Origin: an uncultured beta proteobacterium | GTDB taxonomy: Bacteria > Pseudomonadota > Gammaproteobacteria > Burkholderiales > Burkholderiaceae_C | Reading direction: 5' to 3' | Length of the DNA stretch: 64,000 nucleotides | Assembly (NCBI GenBank): GCA_963750665.1 | Contig: CAVVRQ010000028.1 | Span: 299,101-363,100, forward strand | Shown: piece after piece, positions 21,046 to 31,329 of the stretch | How positions within the stretch are numbered: position 1 is the stretch's first letter | Layout: each line of letters begins with the position of its first letter | The notes under the pieces: model-generated | What the model was told of the DNA's origin: nothing | What the model saw: only the letters and a program-made list of their open reading frames with translations | The model's database searches: none | Made by a program: the position numbers and the translations under genes

Positions 21046-21897
21046 ATGAATCCGTCGGTGCTGTTGCTGCTCGGTGTCACGGCCGTCTGGGGCACCACCT
21101 TCCCGTTGCTCAAGTCCTTGCTGACAAGCCTGAGTGGCGTGGAGATTTCGGCCTTGCGCTTCCTCATTGCGGCGCTGTGTCTGGCACCATTTTTGTGGCG
21201 GGTACCGCGCCATACCTGGCTGGATGGCCTGCTGCTCGGTGCGCTGGCGCTGGTGTCTTACGTGGCGCAGGCGATCGGCCTTGAATTCATTTCCAGCAAC
21301 CGCAGCGCGTTTCTGACCAGTCTCAATGTGCTGATGGTGCCCTTGATCGGCGTGGCAATGGGTGCGCACCTGTCGGCGCGGGTGCTGTTCTGCGCCGCGC
21401 TGGCGTGTGCCGGCATCGGTCTGATGTCCTGGGATGGTGGGGCCCATCTGTTTGGTGACCTGGCCACGGGCGTTTGCGCGCTGGCCTATGCCTTGTATGT
21501 CATCGTGCTGTCGGCGCGCGCCAATCGCCACAACCTGCGCCAATTGGCCGCCACCCAAATTCTGGTGATGGCGCTGCTGGCCGCTGCCTGGTTGCTCGGC
21601 GCGGCGTTGCTGGCGTCCAGGCCTTCAGATTTGTTGGCGCGGGCCGCGCCGCACTGGCTCGCCCTGAGCTATCTTGGCGTGATTGCCACGGCGGCGGTGC
21701 TGTTTTTGCAGGCACTCGGTCAGCGTGCGGTGACGGCCGACAAATCGGCCGTCATCTTTGCCATGGAACCGGTGTTTGCCGCCCTGGCGGCCTGGCTCTG
21801 GCTGGGTGAGTCGCTCACCGGCCGCGCCGCGCTCGGTGGCGCACTGGTGCTGGCAGCCGTGATCCTGAGCGAGCTCAAGTCAGTGCCTTCGCATTGA
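21046..21897 (+). CDS. DMT/EamA-family transporter
   Basis: VWGTTF, two EamA repeats, FAMEPVFAA. Confidence 0.88.
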   Translation: MNPSVLLLLGVTAVWGTTFPLLKSLLTSLSGVEISALRFLIAALCLAPFLWRVPRHTWLDGLLLGALALVSYVAQAIGLEFISSNRSAFLTSLNVLMVPLIGVAMGAHLSARVLFCAALACAGIGLMSWDGGAHLFGDLATGVCALAYALYVIVLSARANRHNLRQLAATQILVMALLAAAWLLGAALLASRPSDLLARAAPHWLALSYLGVIATAAVLFLQALGQRAVTADKSAVIFAMEPVFAALAAWLWLGESLTGRAALGGALVLAAVILSELKSVPSH

Positions 21898-22006
21898 TCG
21901 GGTGCGGTCTCGCGCGCGCACCCGAGCCTGATGGCAGCGTGGCCGGTTTAGGCGTGGCTGGGCTGGACAGGTCCGCCGGGTAGCCCCGGCCTGCTATTCT
22001 CAAGCC

Positions 22007-22930
22007 ATGAACTTTGCCCAACTGCTGTTCCCCGATTTTTCATTGATCTTGATCGGCTACCTGGTCTGCCGCTTCACACCCCTGAACCGCCCGGTGTGGA
22101 CGCAGGTGGAGCAACTGGTGTACTTTCTTTTTTTCCCGGTGCTGCTGTTTCACTCAATCCTGAAAAGCCCGCTGGACATCAGTGCAGCAAGCAACCTGGT
22201 GGGAGCCGGCTGGGCCTTGGGTTTGGGCGGTATTGCGCTGGCCTACTCGGTGCCTTACTGGCCCGGGTTCAAGCACCACTTTGCCGCCCGTCAGCACGCG
22301 GGCAGCGCCCAGATTGCCTTTCGCTTCAACTCCTTCATTGGTCTGGCGCTGGCCGACAAATTGGCTGGCGCACCGGGGCTGGCCGTGGTGGCGCTGCTGA
22401 TTGGCGTGAGCGTGCCGCTGATGAACATCGGCGCGGTGTGGCCGATGGCACGCCACGGCCAGCGCGGTTTTATGGCTGAGCTGGTGCGCAACCCGCTGAT
22501 CATCGGCACCGCAGCCGGGCTGCTGGCCAACCTGGCCGGGTTTCACATTCCGCCCTGGCTGGAGCCCACCGTCAGTCGCATTGGTGGTGCATCGCTGGCG
22601 CTGGGTTTGATGGCCGCCGGTGCTGGCATGCAGCTCGGTGCCTTGAATCATGCCAAATTGCTGGGCGTGGCGCTGCTGCTGATCCGCCACCTGCTGATGC
22701 CGCTGCTGGCGCTCGGGCTGTCGCAACTGTTTGGCCTGAACCCGCTGCAAACCACTGTGCTGCTGATGTTTTCTGCCCTGCCCACGGCATCGAGCTGCTA
22801 TGTATTGGCGGCACGCATGGGCTACGACGGCGCTTATGTGGCCGCGCTGGTCACGTTGTCCACCGTGCTCGGCATGCTCAGCCTGCCGCTGGCGCTGGGG
22901 CTGTTGCGCAGCCTGGTTAGCCCACTCTGA
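22007..22930 (+). CDS. AEC (auxin efflux carrier)-family transporter
   Basis: LVYFLFFPVLLF, RFNSFIG, RNPLI, ALPTASSCYVLARM-like motif. Confidence 0.85.
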   Translation: MNFAQLLFPDFSLILIGYLVCRFTPLNRPVWTQVEQLVYFLFFPVLLFHSILKSPLDISAASNLVGAGWALGLGGIALAYSVPYWPGFKHHFAARQHAGSAQIAFRFNSFIGLALADKLAGAPGLAVVALLIGVSVPLMNIGAVWPMARHGQRGFMAELVRNPLIIGTAAGLLANLAGFHIPPWLEPTVSRIGGASLALGLMAAGAGMQLGALNHAKLLGVALLLIRHLLMPLLALGLSQLFGLNPLQTTVLLMFSALPTASSCYVLAARMGYDGAYVAALVTLSTVLGMLSLPLALGLLRSLVSPL

Positions 22931-23000
22931 TGGTGTCGGCGCCGTTGCCATCCCGTGTGTTTTTGTCTTCAATCGCCAACTCCAACACATTTAAATTACC

Positions 23001-23434
23001 ATGACTGCACAAGCGACCGTCGCTAGATTGTTAAGTTTTTCCAGGCCTTGTCCCCGGCAACGGTAGGTCAGCTCAGTGCCCTTTACGCCGCCGATGCGCG
23101 TTTCAAGGACCCATTTAACGACGTGCGGGGCCTGCCAGCCATCACGACGATTTTTGAGCACATGTTCGAGGCGCTGGAGCAGCCACGCTTTGTCGTCACC
23201 CAGCGCGTGGAGCAGGGCACGCAATGCTTTTTGACCTGGGAATTCCACTTCTGTTTCAAGCGCTTCCGGCCGGGACAGGCGCAGTGCATTCTGGGCAGCT
23301 CGCACCTGGTGCTTGATGCCACCGGCCGCATCACGCTGCACCGCGACTACTGGGACGCGGCTGAAGAGCTGTATGAAAAACTGCCGCTGCTGGGCGGGCT
23401 GATGCGTTGGTTGAAACGCCGGGCCAGGACGTAA
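23001..23434 (+). pseudogene. NTF2/SnoaL-like protein with an apparent 1-bp deletion near 23027 (or a sequencing error)
   Basis: ATG 23001 frame gives MTAQATVAR; the adjacent frame continues IVKFFQALSPATV...YAADARFKDPFNDVRG. Adding 1 base gives a 144-aa protein. Confidence 0.6.
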
Positions 23435-23479
23435 AGCGACGGCCCCGGCAGAGGCCAGTCTGCCGACGACAATCGCCCC

Positions 23480-24709
23480 ATGAACTCACCCGCCGCTCTC
23501 TGGTTTCGTCTGGTACCCGCCTATGCGTTGGGCTACTTCTTGTCTTACGCGCTGCGCAGCGTCAACGCGGTGATTGCCCCCGAGCTGATGCGCGAACTCA
23601 ATATGAGTGCCGCCGGGCTTGGGCTGCTCACTTCAACTTATTTTCTGGCCTTTGGCCTGTTCCAGTTGCCGCTGGGTCTGCTGCTGGACCGCTTTGGCCC
23701 GCGCCGTGTCGAAGCGGCTTTATTGCTGGTGGCAGCCAGCGGCTGCACCCTGTTTGGTTTGGGGCAAAGCACCGCCAGCCTGGTGTTGGCGCGCGCGCTG
23801 ATCGGTTTGGGCGTATCAGCCTGCCTGATGGCCAGCTTCAAGGCCTTTAGCCAATGGTTCCGTTCCGAGCAACTGCCATCGCTCACCGCCACCATCATGG
23901 TCGCCGGGGGCTTGGGCGCGCTCTCAGCCAGTGTGCCGGTAGAGGCCGCACTGCCGCTGCTGGGCTGGCGCGGCCTGTTTTTTATGTGTGCCGGCTTGCT
24001 CGTGGCCTGTGCCGCCTACCTGATGACAGTGCCAGACCAACCAGTGCATGCGCAGCGCGAATCCATCGCCCAGCAGCTGCAGAACTTGCGCCAGATTTAT
24101 ACCGACCGCCGCTTCTGGCGTTTTGCCCCGCAGGGCTGTCTGGCCGTAGGCGGCTTCATGGCGATTCAAGGCCTGTGGGCGGTTCCGTGGCTGATGCAAG
24201 TTAACGGCCTGGACCGAAGCGCGGCCGCCAATGTGCTGCTGAGTTTGGCGATGGCCATGCTGGCCGGATTTTTGTTTGTGGCCACCTGCTCATTGTGGCT
24301 GGCGCGCCGTGGCGTATCACCGATGGCATTATTCAGCGCGGGCATGGGGCTGGGGCTGGTGGCTGGGCTGGCGATCATTCTGGACGCAGCACCACCAATG
24401 TGGCTGTGGCCACTGCTGGGCATCTCGTTCAGCCTGAGTAACATCGCCTATTCGCAGTTGACGGCGGCGTTTCCGGTGGCGCTGTCCGGGCGCGTCAACA
24501 CCGCCTTGAACCTGTTGGTGTTTGTAGGCGCTTTTGGCTTGCAGTGGGGCATTGGTGCGGCGCTTGACCTGGGCAACAACTTGGGCTTGACACGCACCGA
24601 TGCGTTCAGGCTAACTTTGACCGCGCTGCTGGCGGCGCAGGCGCTGGCCTATGTGTGGTTTTTGATACCGACCAAGGCGACGGGCCTTGCAGGCGCTGCC
24701 AACTGTTAG
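23480..24709 (+). CDS. MFS transporter
   Basis: 12 TM pattern; MFS motif A GLLLDRFGPRR. Confidence 0.9.
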   Translation: MNSPAALWFRLVPAYALGYFLSYALRSVNAVIAPELMRELNMSAAGLGLLTSTYFLAFGLFQLPLGLLLDRFGPRRVEAALLLVAASGCTLFGLGQSTASLVLARALIGLGVSACLMASFKAFSQWFRSEQLPSLTATIMVAGGLGALSASVPVEAALPLLGWRGLFFMCAGLLVACAAYLMTVPDQPVHAQRESIAQQLQNLRQIYTDRRFWRFAPQGCLAVGGFMAIQGLWAVPWLMQVNGLDRSAAANVLLSLAMAMLAGFLFVATCSLWLARRGVSPMALFSAGMGLGLVAGLAIILDAAPPMWLWPLLGISFSLSNIAYSQLTAAFPVALSGRVNTALNLLVFVGAFGLQWGIGAALDLGNNLGLTRTDAFRLTLTALLAAQALAYVWFLIPTKATGLAGAANC

Positions 24710-25542
24710 CCCTTGACCGCCCCAGCCGTCAGACCGGTAATGATCTGCCGCGCCGCGATAAAGGTGAAAATCAGCGGCGGTATCGCAATCAGGCTGCCCA
24801 AGGCCATGATCTTGCCCCAATCGACGCCGATATCGGTAATATAGAGCGAGGCGGCTACCGGTAGCGTGCGGGTGGCACGGTCGGTCAGCACCAAGGCCAG
24901 GATAAACTCGTTCCAGGCGATGCGGAAAGTAAAGATGGAAGCCGCCGCGATGCCGGGTTTGATCAGCGGCAGCACGACTTTGTAAAAGACCTTGATCGGG
25001 CCACAGCCGTCAATCGCAGCGGCTTCTTCCAGCTCTGGCGGCACTTGCAGGATAAAGCCGTAGAGCAGCCAGATGGCAAACGGCAGGTTGACCGCCACGT
25101 AAAGCAGGATAAGCCCCCAGAGCGAATTGATCAGCCCGGCCTGACTCCAGATCATGAACACCGGCACCGCCAACACAGCCAGCGGCACGGTGCGCAACAG
25201 CAAGGTGACATAGGCCAGCGACTTGCGACCGGGGAAGCGAAAGCGCGCCAGCCCATAGGCGGCCATGCAGGCCAGTACCAGCGTGATGACGGTCGAAACA
25301 ACCCCGACCATCAGGCTGTTGCCCAGGTAGCGCTGGAAGCTGCCCTCGCCCAGCACCTCGCGGTAGTTCTCCAGCGTTGGCGTAAACAGGAAACTGATTC
25401 CGGTATTGAAGATTTGCGTCTGCACTTTCAGGGACGTGGCAAACATCAAAATGATCGGCGCGACACAGGCTGCGGCCAGCACAATCAGCGCACCATAGTG
25501 GGCGGCGACCAGGGCTGGATGGCGCTTGATGCCGCTGCTCAT
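24706..25542 (-). CDS. CUT1 carbohydrate ABC permease (MalG-like)
   Basis: EAA loop ELEEAAAIDGC; AWNEF, TLPV. Confidence 0.92.
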   Translation of the reverse strand: MSSGIKRHPALVAAHYGALIVLAAACVAPIILMFATSLKVQTQIFNTGISFLFTPTLENYREVLGEGSFQRYLGNSLMVGVVSTVITLVLACMAAYGLARFRFPGRKSLAYVTLLLRTVPLAVLAVPVFMIWSQAGLINSLWGLILLYVAVNLPFAIWLLYGFILQVPPELEEAAAIDGCGPIKVFYKVVLPLIKPGIAAASIFTFRIAWNEFILALVLTDRATRTLPVAASLYITDIGVDWGKIMALGSLIAIPPLIFTFIAARQIITGLTAGAVKG

Positions 25543-26420
25543 GCGCGCTCCTCATCTTTGAGAGGGTTCGACAGGCGCAGGGCAAACCAGGACAGGCCGG
25601 CCACCACGATCAATAACAACACCGAAATGGCGGCGGCACTGCCCAGGCGCTGACTGACAAAAGCCGTCTTGTAGATGTGCAACGACAAAATCTCGGTGCT
25701 GTCACCGGGGCCGCCAAAAGTCAAAATGTAGATCACTTCGAGCACCCTGAAGGCATCGATCAGGCGCATCAACAAGGTAATGGCGATGACGTTCATCACC
25801 ATCGGCAGCTTGACCCGGAATGTGGTTTGCCACCAGTTGGCCCCGTCGACCCGAGCGGCCTCGAGCACCGCGCCATCGACGTTGGCCAGGGCGGCAATCA
25901 TCATGATGAAGACGAACGGCGTCCACTGCCAGATGTCGGCAATGATGATCGCGATGAAGGCTGTACTTTCTTGCGCCAGCCAACCAATGGGTGCCGCGCC
26001 AAAGACGGCCAGGATGGCGTTGAGCAAGCCGAATTGCGCGTCAAACAGGTAGCGCCAGGTCAGGCCGACAGCAATCGGCGCAATCATCATCGGCAGGATG
26101 AACAGCGTGCGAAAGAAGGCCATGCCGCGCACCTGGCCCTCCAGCGCCAGCGCCAGGGCGATGCCCAGCACCATCTCGGCGGCAACGCAGACAAAGGCAA
26201 ACAGCAAGGTGGTGGTCAGTGAACGCCACACGGCGGCGTCCTGAAAGGCCCGGCTAAAGGCCTCCACGCCGACCCACTTGGCCTCAGCCCAGGGCGTTCC
26301 CATGCTCCAGTCGTAAAACCCCAGTTGCAGGGCCGCCAGCAAAGGGTAGAGACACGCCACCGCCATGACGGCAGCGGCGGGGCCCAGATAGACCCAGGGA
26401 ACCCAGGCGGGCGGGCGCAT
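25539..26420 (-). CDS. CUT1 carbohydrate ABC permease (MalF-like)
   Basis: WQWTPF, EAARVDGA, DAFRVLE, TFGGPG. Confidence 0.92.
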   Translation of the reverse strand: MRPPAWVPWVYLGPAAAVMAVACLYPLLAALQLGFYDWSMGTPWAEAKWVGVEAFSRAFQDAAVWRSLTTTLLFAFVCVAAEMVLGIALALALEGQVRGMAFFRTLFILPMMIAPIAVGLTWRYLFDAQFGLLNAILAVFGAAPIGWLAQESTAFIAIIIADIWQWTPFVFIMMIAALANVDGAVLEAARVDGANWWQTTFRVKLPMVMNVIAITLLMRLIDAFRVLEVIYILTFGGPGDSTEILSLHIYKTAFVSQRLGSAAAISVLLLIVVAGLSWFALRLSNPLKDEERA

Positions 26421-26423
26421 GGC

Positions 26424-27770
26424 TCAGGCCTTTAGATAGCCGCCACGCTTCATGATGTCGGTCACCTTTGGCACCATGCCGTCCAGCGCTTCCCTGGCCT
26501 TCTTCTTGCCTGTCAGCGCCTCGGACACCGCAACACCCAGGGCCTGGATATTGATTTCGTCCCACTCGGCAATGATCGGGCGCCAATCGGGGTCAGAGTA
26601 CTGAAGCTGCTGACGCAAGGTGATGTACTCCGGGTACTGGCGCACCATCTCCTGGTCTGCCATGGTGGAGTTACGGCTGGGTACGCCACCGAGCTTGCAA
26701 ACGGCCTTGTCCTGCGCCTTGGAAGTGAGCCACTGCATTAACAGGAAAGCGGCATCGGCATTCTTGGCGTTCTTTGGAATCGCCAGGCCCAGCCCGCCCG
26801 ACTGCGACGAGTAGCGCGTGCCCTTGGGATGCAAGGCATAGCTCACTTGACCAGCAATCTTGGATTTCGCCGGGTCGTTGACCTGGCCAAAAATCAGCGA
26901 CGAATCGAGGTACATCGCGGCTTGCCCTTGCAGGAACGAAGTGATCATCTCGCCTTGCCCGTAGCCGGGAATGCCGACCGGGCCAGTGTCGGAAATCAGC
27001 TTCAGGGTGTCGAGGGCCTTGACGCCGATGTCGTTGTTGAAAATTGGTTTCCACTTGTCGTCAAACACCTTGCCACCGAGCGGATTCAAATGCAGCAACC
27101 AGGCATGCACGCATTGGTGACCGGCCTGGCCGCGCGAGGTCAGGGCGCCCAGGCCGGACTTTTCTTTCAGCACTGGCAGCAGTTTTTCCAGATCCGCATA
27201 GTTCTCCGGCGCCTTCAAATTGAGCTTGGCAAACACGTCACGCCGGTAGGCCAGCACTGACGTCTCGGCGCCGTAAGGCATACCGTACAGTTTGGCACCG
27301 GGGCCTGCCAGATAACCTTTGGGACCACCGACCAGGCCCATGTTTTCGACATAGCGCGGCACCACGTCCTTGAAATCGTAGTTTGGATCCGCCAGTGCGG
27401 CATTCTTGAAGAAGGGTTCGAGTTCGCGGATCAGGTTCTTCTTGACATATTCACCCTTCCACATCACAACATAACAGACCAGGTCATAGTCGCCGGAGGG
27501 CTTGGCCATCTCCAGCAACTGCTTGTCCTTCATGCGCGCCATGGCCAGCTTGTCAAGCTCGACCTTGATGCCGGTCTGCTTGGTGAACTCGGGCAGCAGC
27601 TTGACCATGGCATCGTAATGTGGGTGCGCCGGAATGCTCAACACCACGGTTTGCCCCTTGTACTTGGCAAAGCGGTCTTGCGCGTACCCAAACAGGGGTA
27701 GTCCCGCACCGAGCAGGCCCAGGGCACTGCCACCAGCGGTTTGAATCAGGGTTCTTCTCTTCATTTGCAT
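26424..27770 (-). CDS. CUT1 ABC substrate-binding protein
   Basis: Tat-like signal (KRRTLI); SBP_bac_1-type motifs (YGMPYGAETSVLAYRRD, FLQGQAAM). Confidence 0.88.
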   Translation of the reverse strand: MQMKRRTLIQTAGGSALGLLGAGLPLFGYAQDRFAKYKGQTVVLSIPAHPHYDAMVKLLPEFTKQTGIKVELDKLAMARMKDKQLLEMAKPSGDYDLVCYVVMWKGEYVKKNLIRELEPFFKNAALADPNYDFKDVVPRYVENMGLVGGPKGYLAGPGAKLYGMPYGAETSVLAYRRDVFAKLNLKAPENYADLEKLLPVLKEKSGLGALTSRGQAGHQCVHAWLLHLNPLGGKVFDDKWKPIFNNDIGVKALDTLKLISDTGPVGIPGYGQGEMITSFLQGQAAMYLDSSLIFGQVNDPAKSKIAGQVSYALHPKGTRYSSQSGGLGLAIPKNAKNADAAFLLMQWLTSKAQDKAVCKLGGVPSRNSTMADQEMVRQYPEYITLRQQLQYSDPDWRPIIAEWDEINIQALGVAVSEALTGKKKAREALDGMVPKVTDIMKRGGYLKA

Positions 27771-27790
27771 CTCCTATTGCTTGTTGAAAA

Positions 27791-28879
27791 TCATTTGTCA
27801 AGGCGTTGACCACTGGCTGCATCAAACGCATGCAGGGCCGCCGGATCGAACGCCAAATCCACGGTCTGGTGCAACAAATCGGTTCGGTGGCCAGGCACCA
27901 CGGCAGTGATGCGCGCGCTCTGGCTGCCCACCAACTTGCCGACCAGAACCGATTCGGTGCCCAGATACTCGACCACATCGACTTGCAATTGCAGCAGACC
28001 CGGCGCTTGTGCCAAACGCAGCGCTTGCGGTCGCACGCCAAGCACCATTTGCTTGACGCTTTGCGGCGCATGGGGCACTGACACGCTGAAGCCCGCGCCT
28101 TCAAGCCGCGTTTGACCGCCTACGCATGTCACCGTGCCTGCCAGCAAATTCATGCTCGGCATGCCGATGAAGGCGGCGACAAACAGATTGGCCGGCTGGT
28201 TGAACACTTCGGACGGGCTACCCACCTGTTGAATCAGCCCCTTGTGAAAGATCACGATGCGTGAGGCCAGCGTCATGGCCTCGATCTGGTCATGCGTGAC
28301 ATACACCGTGGTCTTGCCCAGGCGCTCATGCAACATGGCCAACTCGGTGCGCATGTGGCCGCGCAGCTTGGCGTCCAGATTGGACAGCGGTTCATCAAAC
28401 AAGAATAGTGCCGGTTCGCGCACGATGCAGCGACCAATTGCCACCCGTTGGCGCTGCCCGCCAGAAAGTTCTTTGGGCTTGCGCTGTAACAGGTGCGCGA
28501 TGTTCAATATCTCGGCGGCAGCAGCAACGCGACGGTTAATTTCATCCCTGGACGTGCCCGCCAGATCCAGCGCAAAGCTCATGTTCTGCGCTACATCCAT
28601 GTGCGGGTACAGAGCGTAGTTCTGAAACACCATGGCAATGTCGCGCGCCTTGGGTGCCAGATTCGTCACATCCCGGCCTTTGATGAAAATGCGCCCTTCA
28701 CTCACCTCTTCGAGCCCGGCAATCATGCGCAGCACGGTTGATTTGCCGCAACCTGACTCGCCCAGCAACACCACAAATTCGCCTTGCCTGACGCTCAGGT
28801 TGAGCTCCTGCACGACGCGCACCTCGCCAAAGCGCTTGGCCACGTTCTGAAGTTGTAAACCGTCGAGCTCGGATGTCAT
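27791..28879 (-). CDS. CUT1 ABC ATP-binding protein (MalK/UgpC-like)
   Basis: GESGCGKST, AMVFQNYALYPHM, LSGGQRQR, DEPLSNLDAKLR; ATG at 28879. Confidence 0.95.
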   Translation of the reverse strand: MTSELDGLQLQNVAKRFGEVRVVQELNLSVRQGEFVVLLGESGCGKSTVLRMIAGLEEVSEGRIFIKGRDVTNLAPKARDIAMVFQNYALYPHMDVAQNMSFALDLAGTSRDEINRRVAAAAEILNIAHLLQRKPKELSGGQRQRVAIGRCIVREPALFLFDEPLSNLDAKLRGHMRTELAMLHERLGKTTVYVTHDQIEAMTLASRIVIFHKGLIQQVGSPSEVFNQPANLFVAAFIGMPSMNLLAGTVTCVGGQTRLEGAGFSVSVPHAPQSVKQMVLGVRPQALRLAQAPGLLQLQVDVVEYLGTESVLVGKLVGSQSARITAVVPGHRTDLLHQTVDLAFDPAALHAFDAASGQRLDK

Positions 28880-28969
28880 TGTGCAGCCCTGGATAATCAA
28901 ACTCTCGTCGGGAGAAATGATCTGAACCCGTCTCAGTCTGAAGCGCGCATATTGTCCGCTGCCACAAGT

Positions 28970-30034
28970 CTAAAGAAAAGAGGGGAAGGGCAGATCCGTG
29001 TCTTTGCTGAAGACATCATCAAAGCCGCGTGGAAAGTGGTATTCCATGTCATCCTTGTTGTCGGGGAAAACAAATTTGCCGCCGACCTGCCAGATGTAGG
29101 GTTTGAACTGGTAGCGCAGACGATCTTTCTTCATGTTCCAGAGCACGGTGATTTCCATCGGATCGGCCATGAAGTTGGACCAGATGTCATGGTGGAAAGG
29201 AATGACTACCTTGGCGTTGAGCGCCTCAGCCATGCGCAGGATGTCGGATGAGGTCATTTTGTCGGTGATGCCGCGCGGGTTTTCGCCGTAGGAGGCCAAC
29301 GCGACGTCGATGGTGTGCTGATTGCCATGCCGGGCGTAGCCGTTGGCGTAGTGCGAATCGCCGCTGTGATAGAGGTTGCCGCCAGGTGTCTTGAGCAGGT
29401 AGTTGACTGCCACTTGGTCCATGTCAATGGGCATCTTGTCCCTGGCGATCTGATCTTTTGGCAGGGTGATCATCATGGTGCGGTCAAAGGATTCAAGCAC
29501 CACAATTTCCACGTCGCCGACCTTGACGCTGTCACCGGGCTTGACCTGAATGATGCGATCATCCGGAACGCCCCAACCCTTCCACACATCAGCCGAAGAT
29601 TTGGGCCCGATGAAAGGCACTTTTGGGTCGCAGTTTTTCAGCACGGCGGCGGCCACATTGATATCGATGTGGTCGTTGTGCGTGTGGGTTGACAGGACGG
29701 CGTCAATCTGCCGGATCGCAAACGGATCAATGACAAACGGCGAGACGCGCAGGTTTGGCTGCAGTTTGACGCAACCGCTCATGCGTGCCATCTGATGCTG
29801 CGGATCCATCAGCGGGTTCTTCATGGAGCGCTTACCGGTGCCACACCACAGGTCGATGCACAGATTGGTGCTGCCTTCGGTCTTGAGCCAGATGCCGGTA
29901 CAGGCCAACCACCACATGGCAAAACTGCCGGGTGCGACCACCTCACGCTCGATTTCTTCATTGAGCCAGGTGCCCCATTGCGGAAAGGTGCTCAGAACCC
30001 ACGATTCCTTGGTGATTTCGTTTACTTTTGCCAT
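28970..30034 (-). CDS. ulaG: L-ascorbate-6-phosphate lactonase UlaG (metallo-beta-lactamase fold)
   Basis: End-to-end resemblance to enterobacterial UlaG as recalled: [69 protein letters not shown]. Confidence 0.93.
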   Translation of the reverse strand: MAKVNEITKESWVLSTFPQWGTWLNEEIEREVVAPGSFAMWWLACTGIWLKTEGSTNLCIDLWCGTGKRSMKNPLMDPQHQMARMSGCVKLQPNLRVSPFVIDPFAIRQIDAVLSTHTHNDHIDINVAAAVLKNCDPKVPFIGPKSSADVWKGWGVPDDRIIQVKPGDSVKVGDVEIVVLESFDRTMMITLPKDQIARDKMPIDMDQVAVNYLLKTPGGNLYHSGDSHYANGYARHGNQHTIDVALASYGENPRGITDKMTSSDILRMAEALNAKVVIPFHHDIWSNFMADPMEITVLWNMKKDRLRYQFKPYIWQVGGKFVFPDNKDDMEYHFPRGFDDVFSKDTDLPFPSFL

Positions 30035-30118
30035 GTCTTGCTCCGATCAACTCTGAAGTCCGTACAAAATTGCACCGGCCAGCGCCGAAATACCAGCGCC
30101 GCCAGCAAAGCCTCTCTA

Positions 30119-30197
30119 AACGATCAAATAGATACAAATTAGTGATCTGACCGCGATGGTATGGTAGCTTTCAAATCATCAATGAATCATTTTGATC
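30119..30197. promoter_or_regulatory. Putative DeoR operator half-sites upstream of ulaG
   Basis: AACGATCAAATAG at 30119 and CATTTTGAT (reverse complement of ATCAAAATG) at 30188-30196. Confidence 0.5.
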
Positions 30198-30283
30198 TTT
30201 TTATGCTGATTTGTTGTCCGGGATCAAACTCGGCGTAAAACCGGGCTGACAGGGACTCCGGGTTTACCCGCAGGCCAACCCCG

Positions 30284-31321
30284 TCAACTGACAAAATAAA
30301 GCGCGACTTCTGCCTTTTCCCGGTTTGCGGCAACGATGATGTCCCGGTTTTCCTCATGCCGGACGTAGATATTGCTGGGGCCAACGCCTTCCTCAATCAG
30401 TTCAGCCCTCAGTTCAAGCGGTCGCGTGCGGCTGGCTCGGACGTAGAAGAGTTGCTGTTTGCCACGGCGGCAGCCGCCAATGAAAACCGGCAATCCGGCC
30501 AGCGTTGTTCCGAGCACGACGTGGTAAAAGTCCGAAACCTCGGGGTGTTCAAAGACTTTTTCGAATTCACCATTGATTTTCTTGTACACCCTGAAATAGT
30601 TGCCATGAAACGGCTCGATGGTGGCAAATTCGAGTTCACCATCGCCATCAATATCGACCGCCGAGATGTCGCTGATGGGCCAATCCATGAATTGTTCCAT
30701 GCGCCACGCGCCGCCCGGTTGCTGCGGCGGCGTCACTTCGAACGCGCCTTGCTCACACGTCACCAGACTGGACATGGCACCCTGGCGCGTGAGTCGGCTG
30801 TAGCCGTGATTCTTGCTTAATCCGTCTTTAAGCACGGTGAGTTCCAGCGGGCCCCGGCCAGTGAACTCGCCGACCCAAATCTTGCCTGGATCCGACCAAT
30901 CGTCTTTTGATTGCTTGCTGGTGGCCAGCGTGCAGCCGATGAAATAGTTCCGGTTCCCCACTGTCAATAGATCAAAACGGTGAATGTAGGGCAGGTGCAG
31001 CACGTCGCTGACGGCATAGCTGTGGTTGACCAGTGGGCGCACATGAACGATTTTTGCTTCTTCCCACTGGAACATTCTGAAAAATTCTTGCACCGCCAGG
31101 AATTCGCCATTGGTGCCCGCAATCGGAACCATCGACATGGTTCCGCCGGGTCCCTCCCAGACGGTGTGCTGCTCAGTGAAGTCGGTCCCGCTCCAGGCCA
31201 GGCAGCGGCCCTCGCCTTCGGTGGCCACCAAAATCCGTGGCTCCTTGTCAACCAGCAGGCAGGTGGCTGAGTAGCAACGGTTGAGCTCAGTCAAAAAGCG
31301 CTTTTCCAATTTCATGGGCAT
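30284..31321 (-). CDS. Hypothetical protein, probable beta-propeller with an FG-GAP-like motif
   Basis: 345 aa, beta-strand rich, no signal peptide; DIDGDGELE motif, VWEGPGG, PYIHRFD, NHGY, EPFHG; GC3-biased codon use. Confidence 0.7.
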   Translation of the reverse strand: MPMKLEKRFLTELNRCYSATCLLVDKEPRILVATEGEGRCLAWSGTDFTEQHTVWEGPGGTMSMVPIAGTNGEFLAVQEFFRMFQWEEAKIVHVRPLVNHSYAVSDVLHLPYIHRFDLLTVGNRNYFIGCTLATSKQSKDDWSDPGKIWVGEFTGRGPLELTVLKDGLSKNHGYSRLTRQGAMSSLVTCEQGAFEVTPPQQPGGAWRMEQFMDWPISDISAVDIDGDGELEFATIEPFHGNYFRVYKKINGEFEKVFEHPEVSDFYHVVLGTTLAGLPVFIGGCRRGKQQLFYVRASRTRPLELRAELIEEGVGPSNIYVRHEENRDIIVAANREKAEVALYFVS

Positions 31322-31329
31322 CCATCCTG

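Noticed and set aside
21898-21925. GC-rich hairpin TCGGGTGCG...CGCACCCGA after the DMT gene
   Set aside because: Single copy with no U-tract; probably an ordinary terminator or stabiliser.
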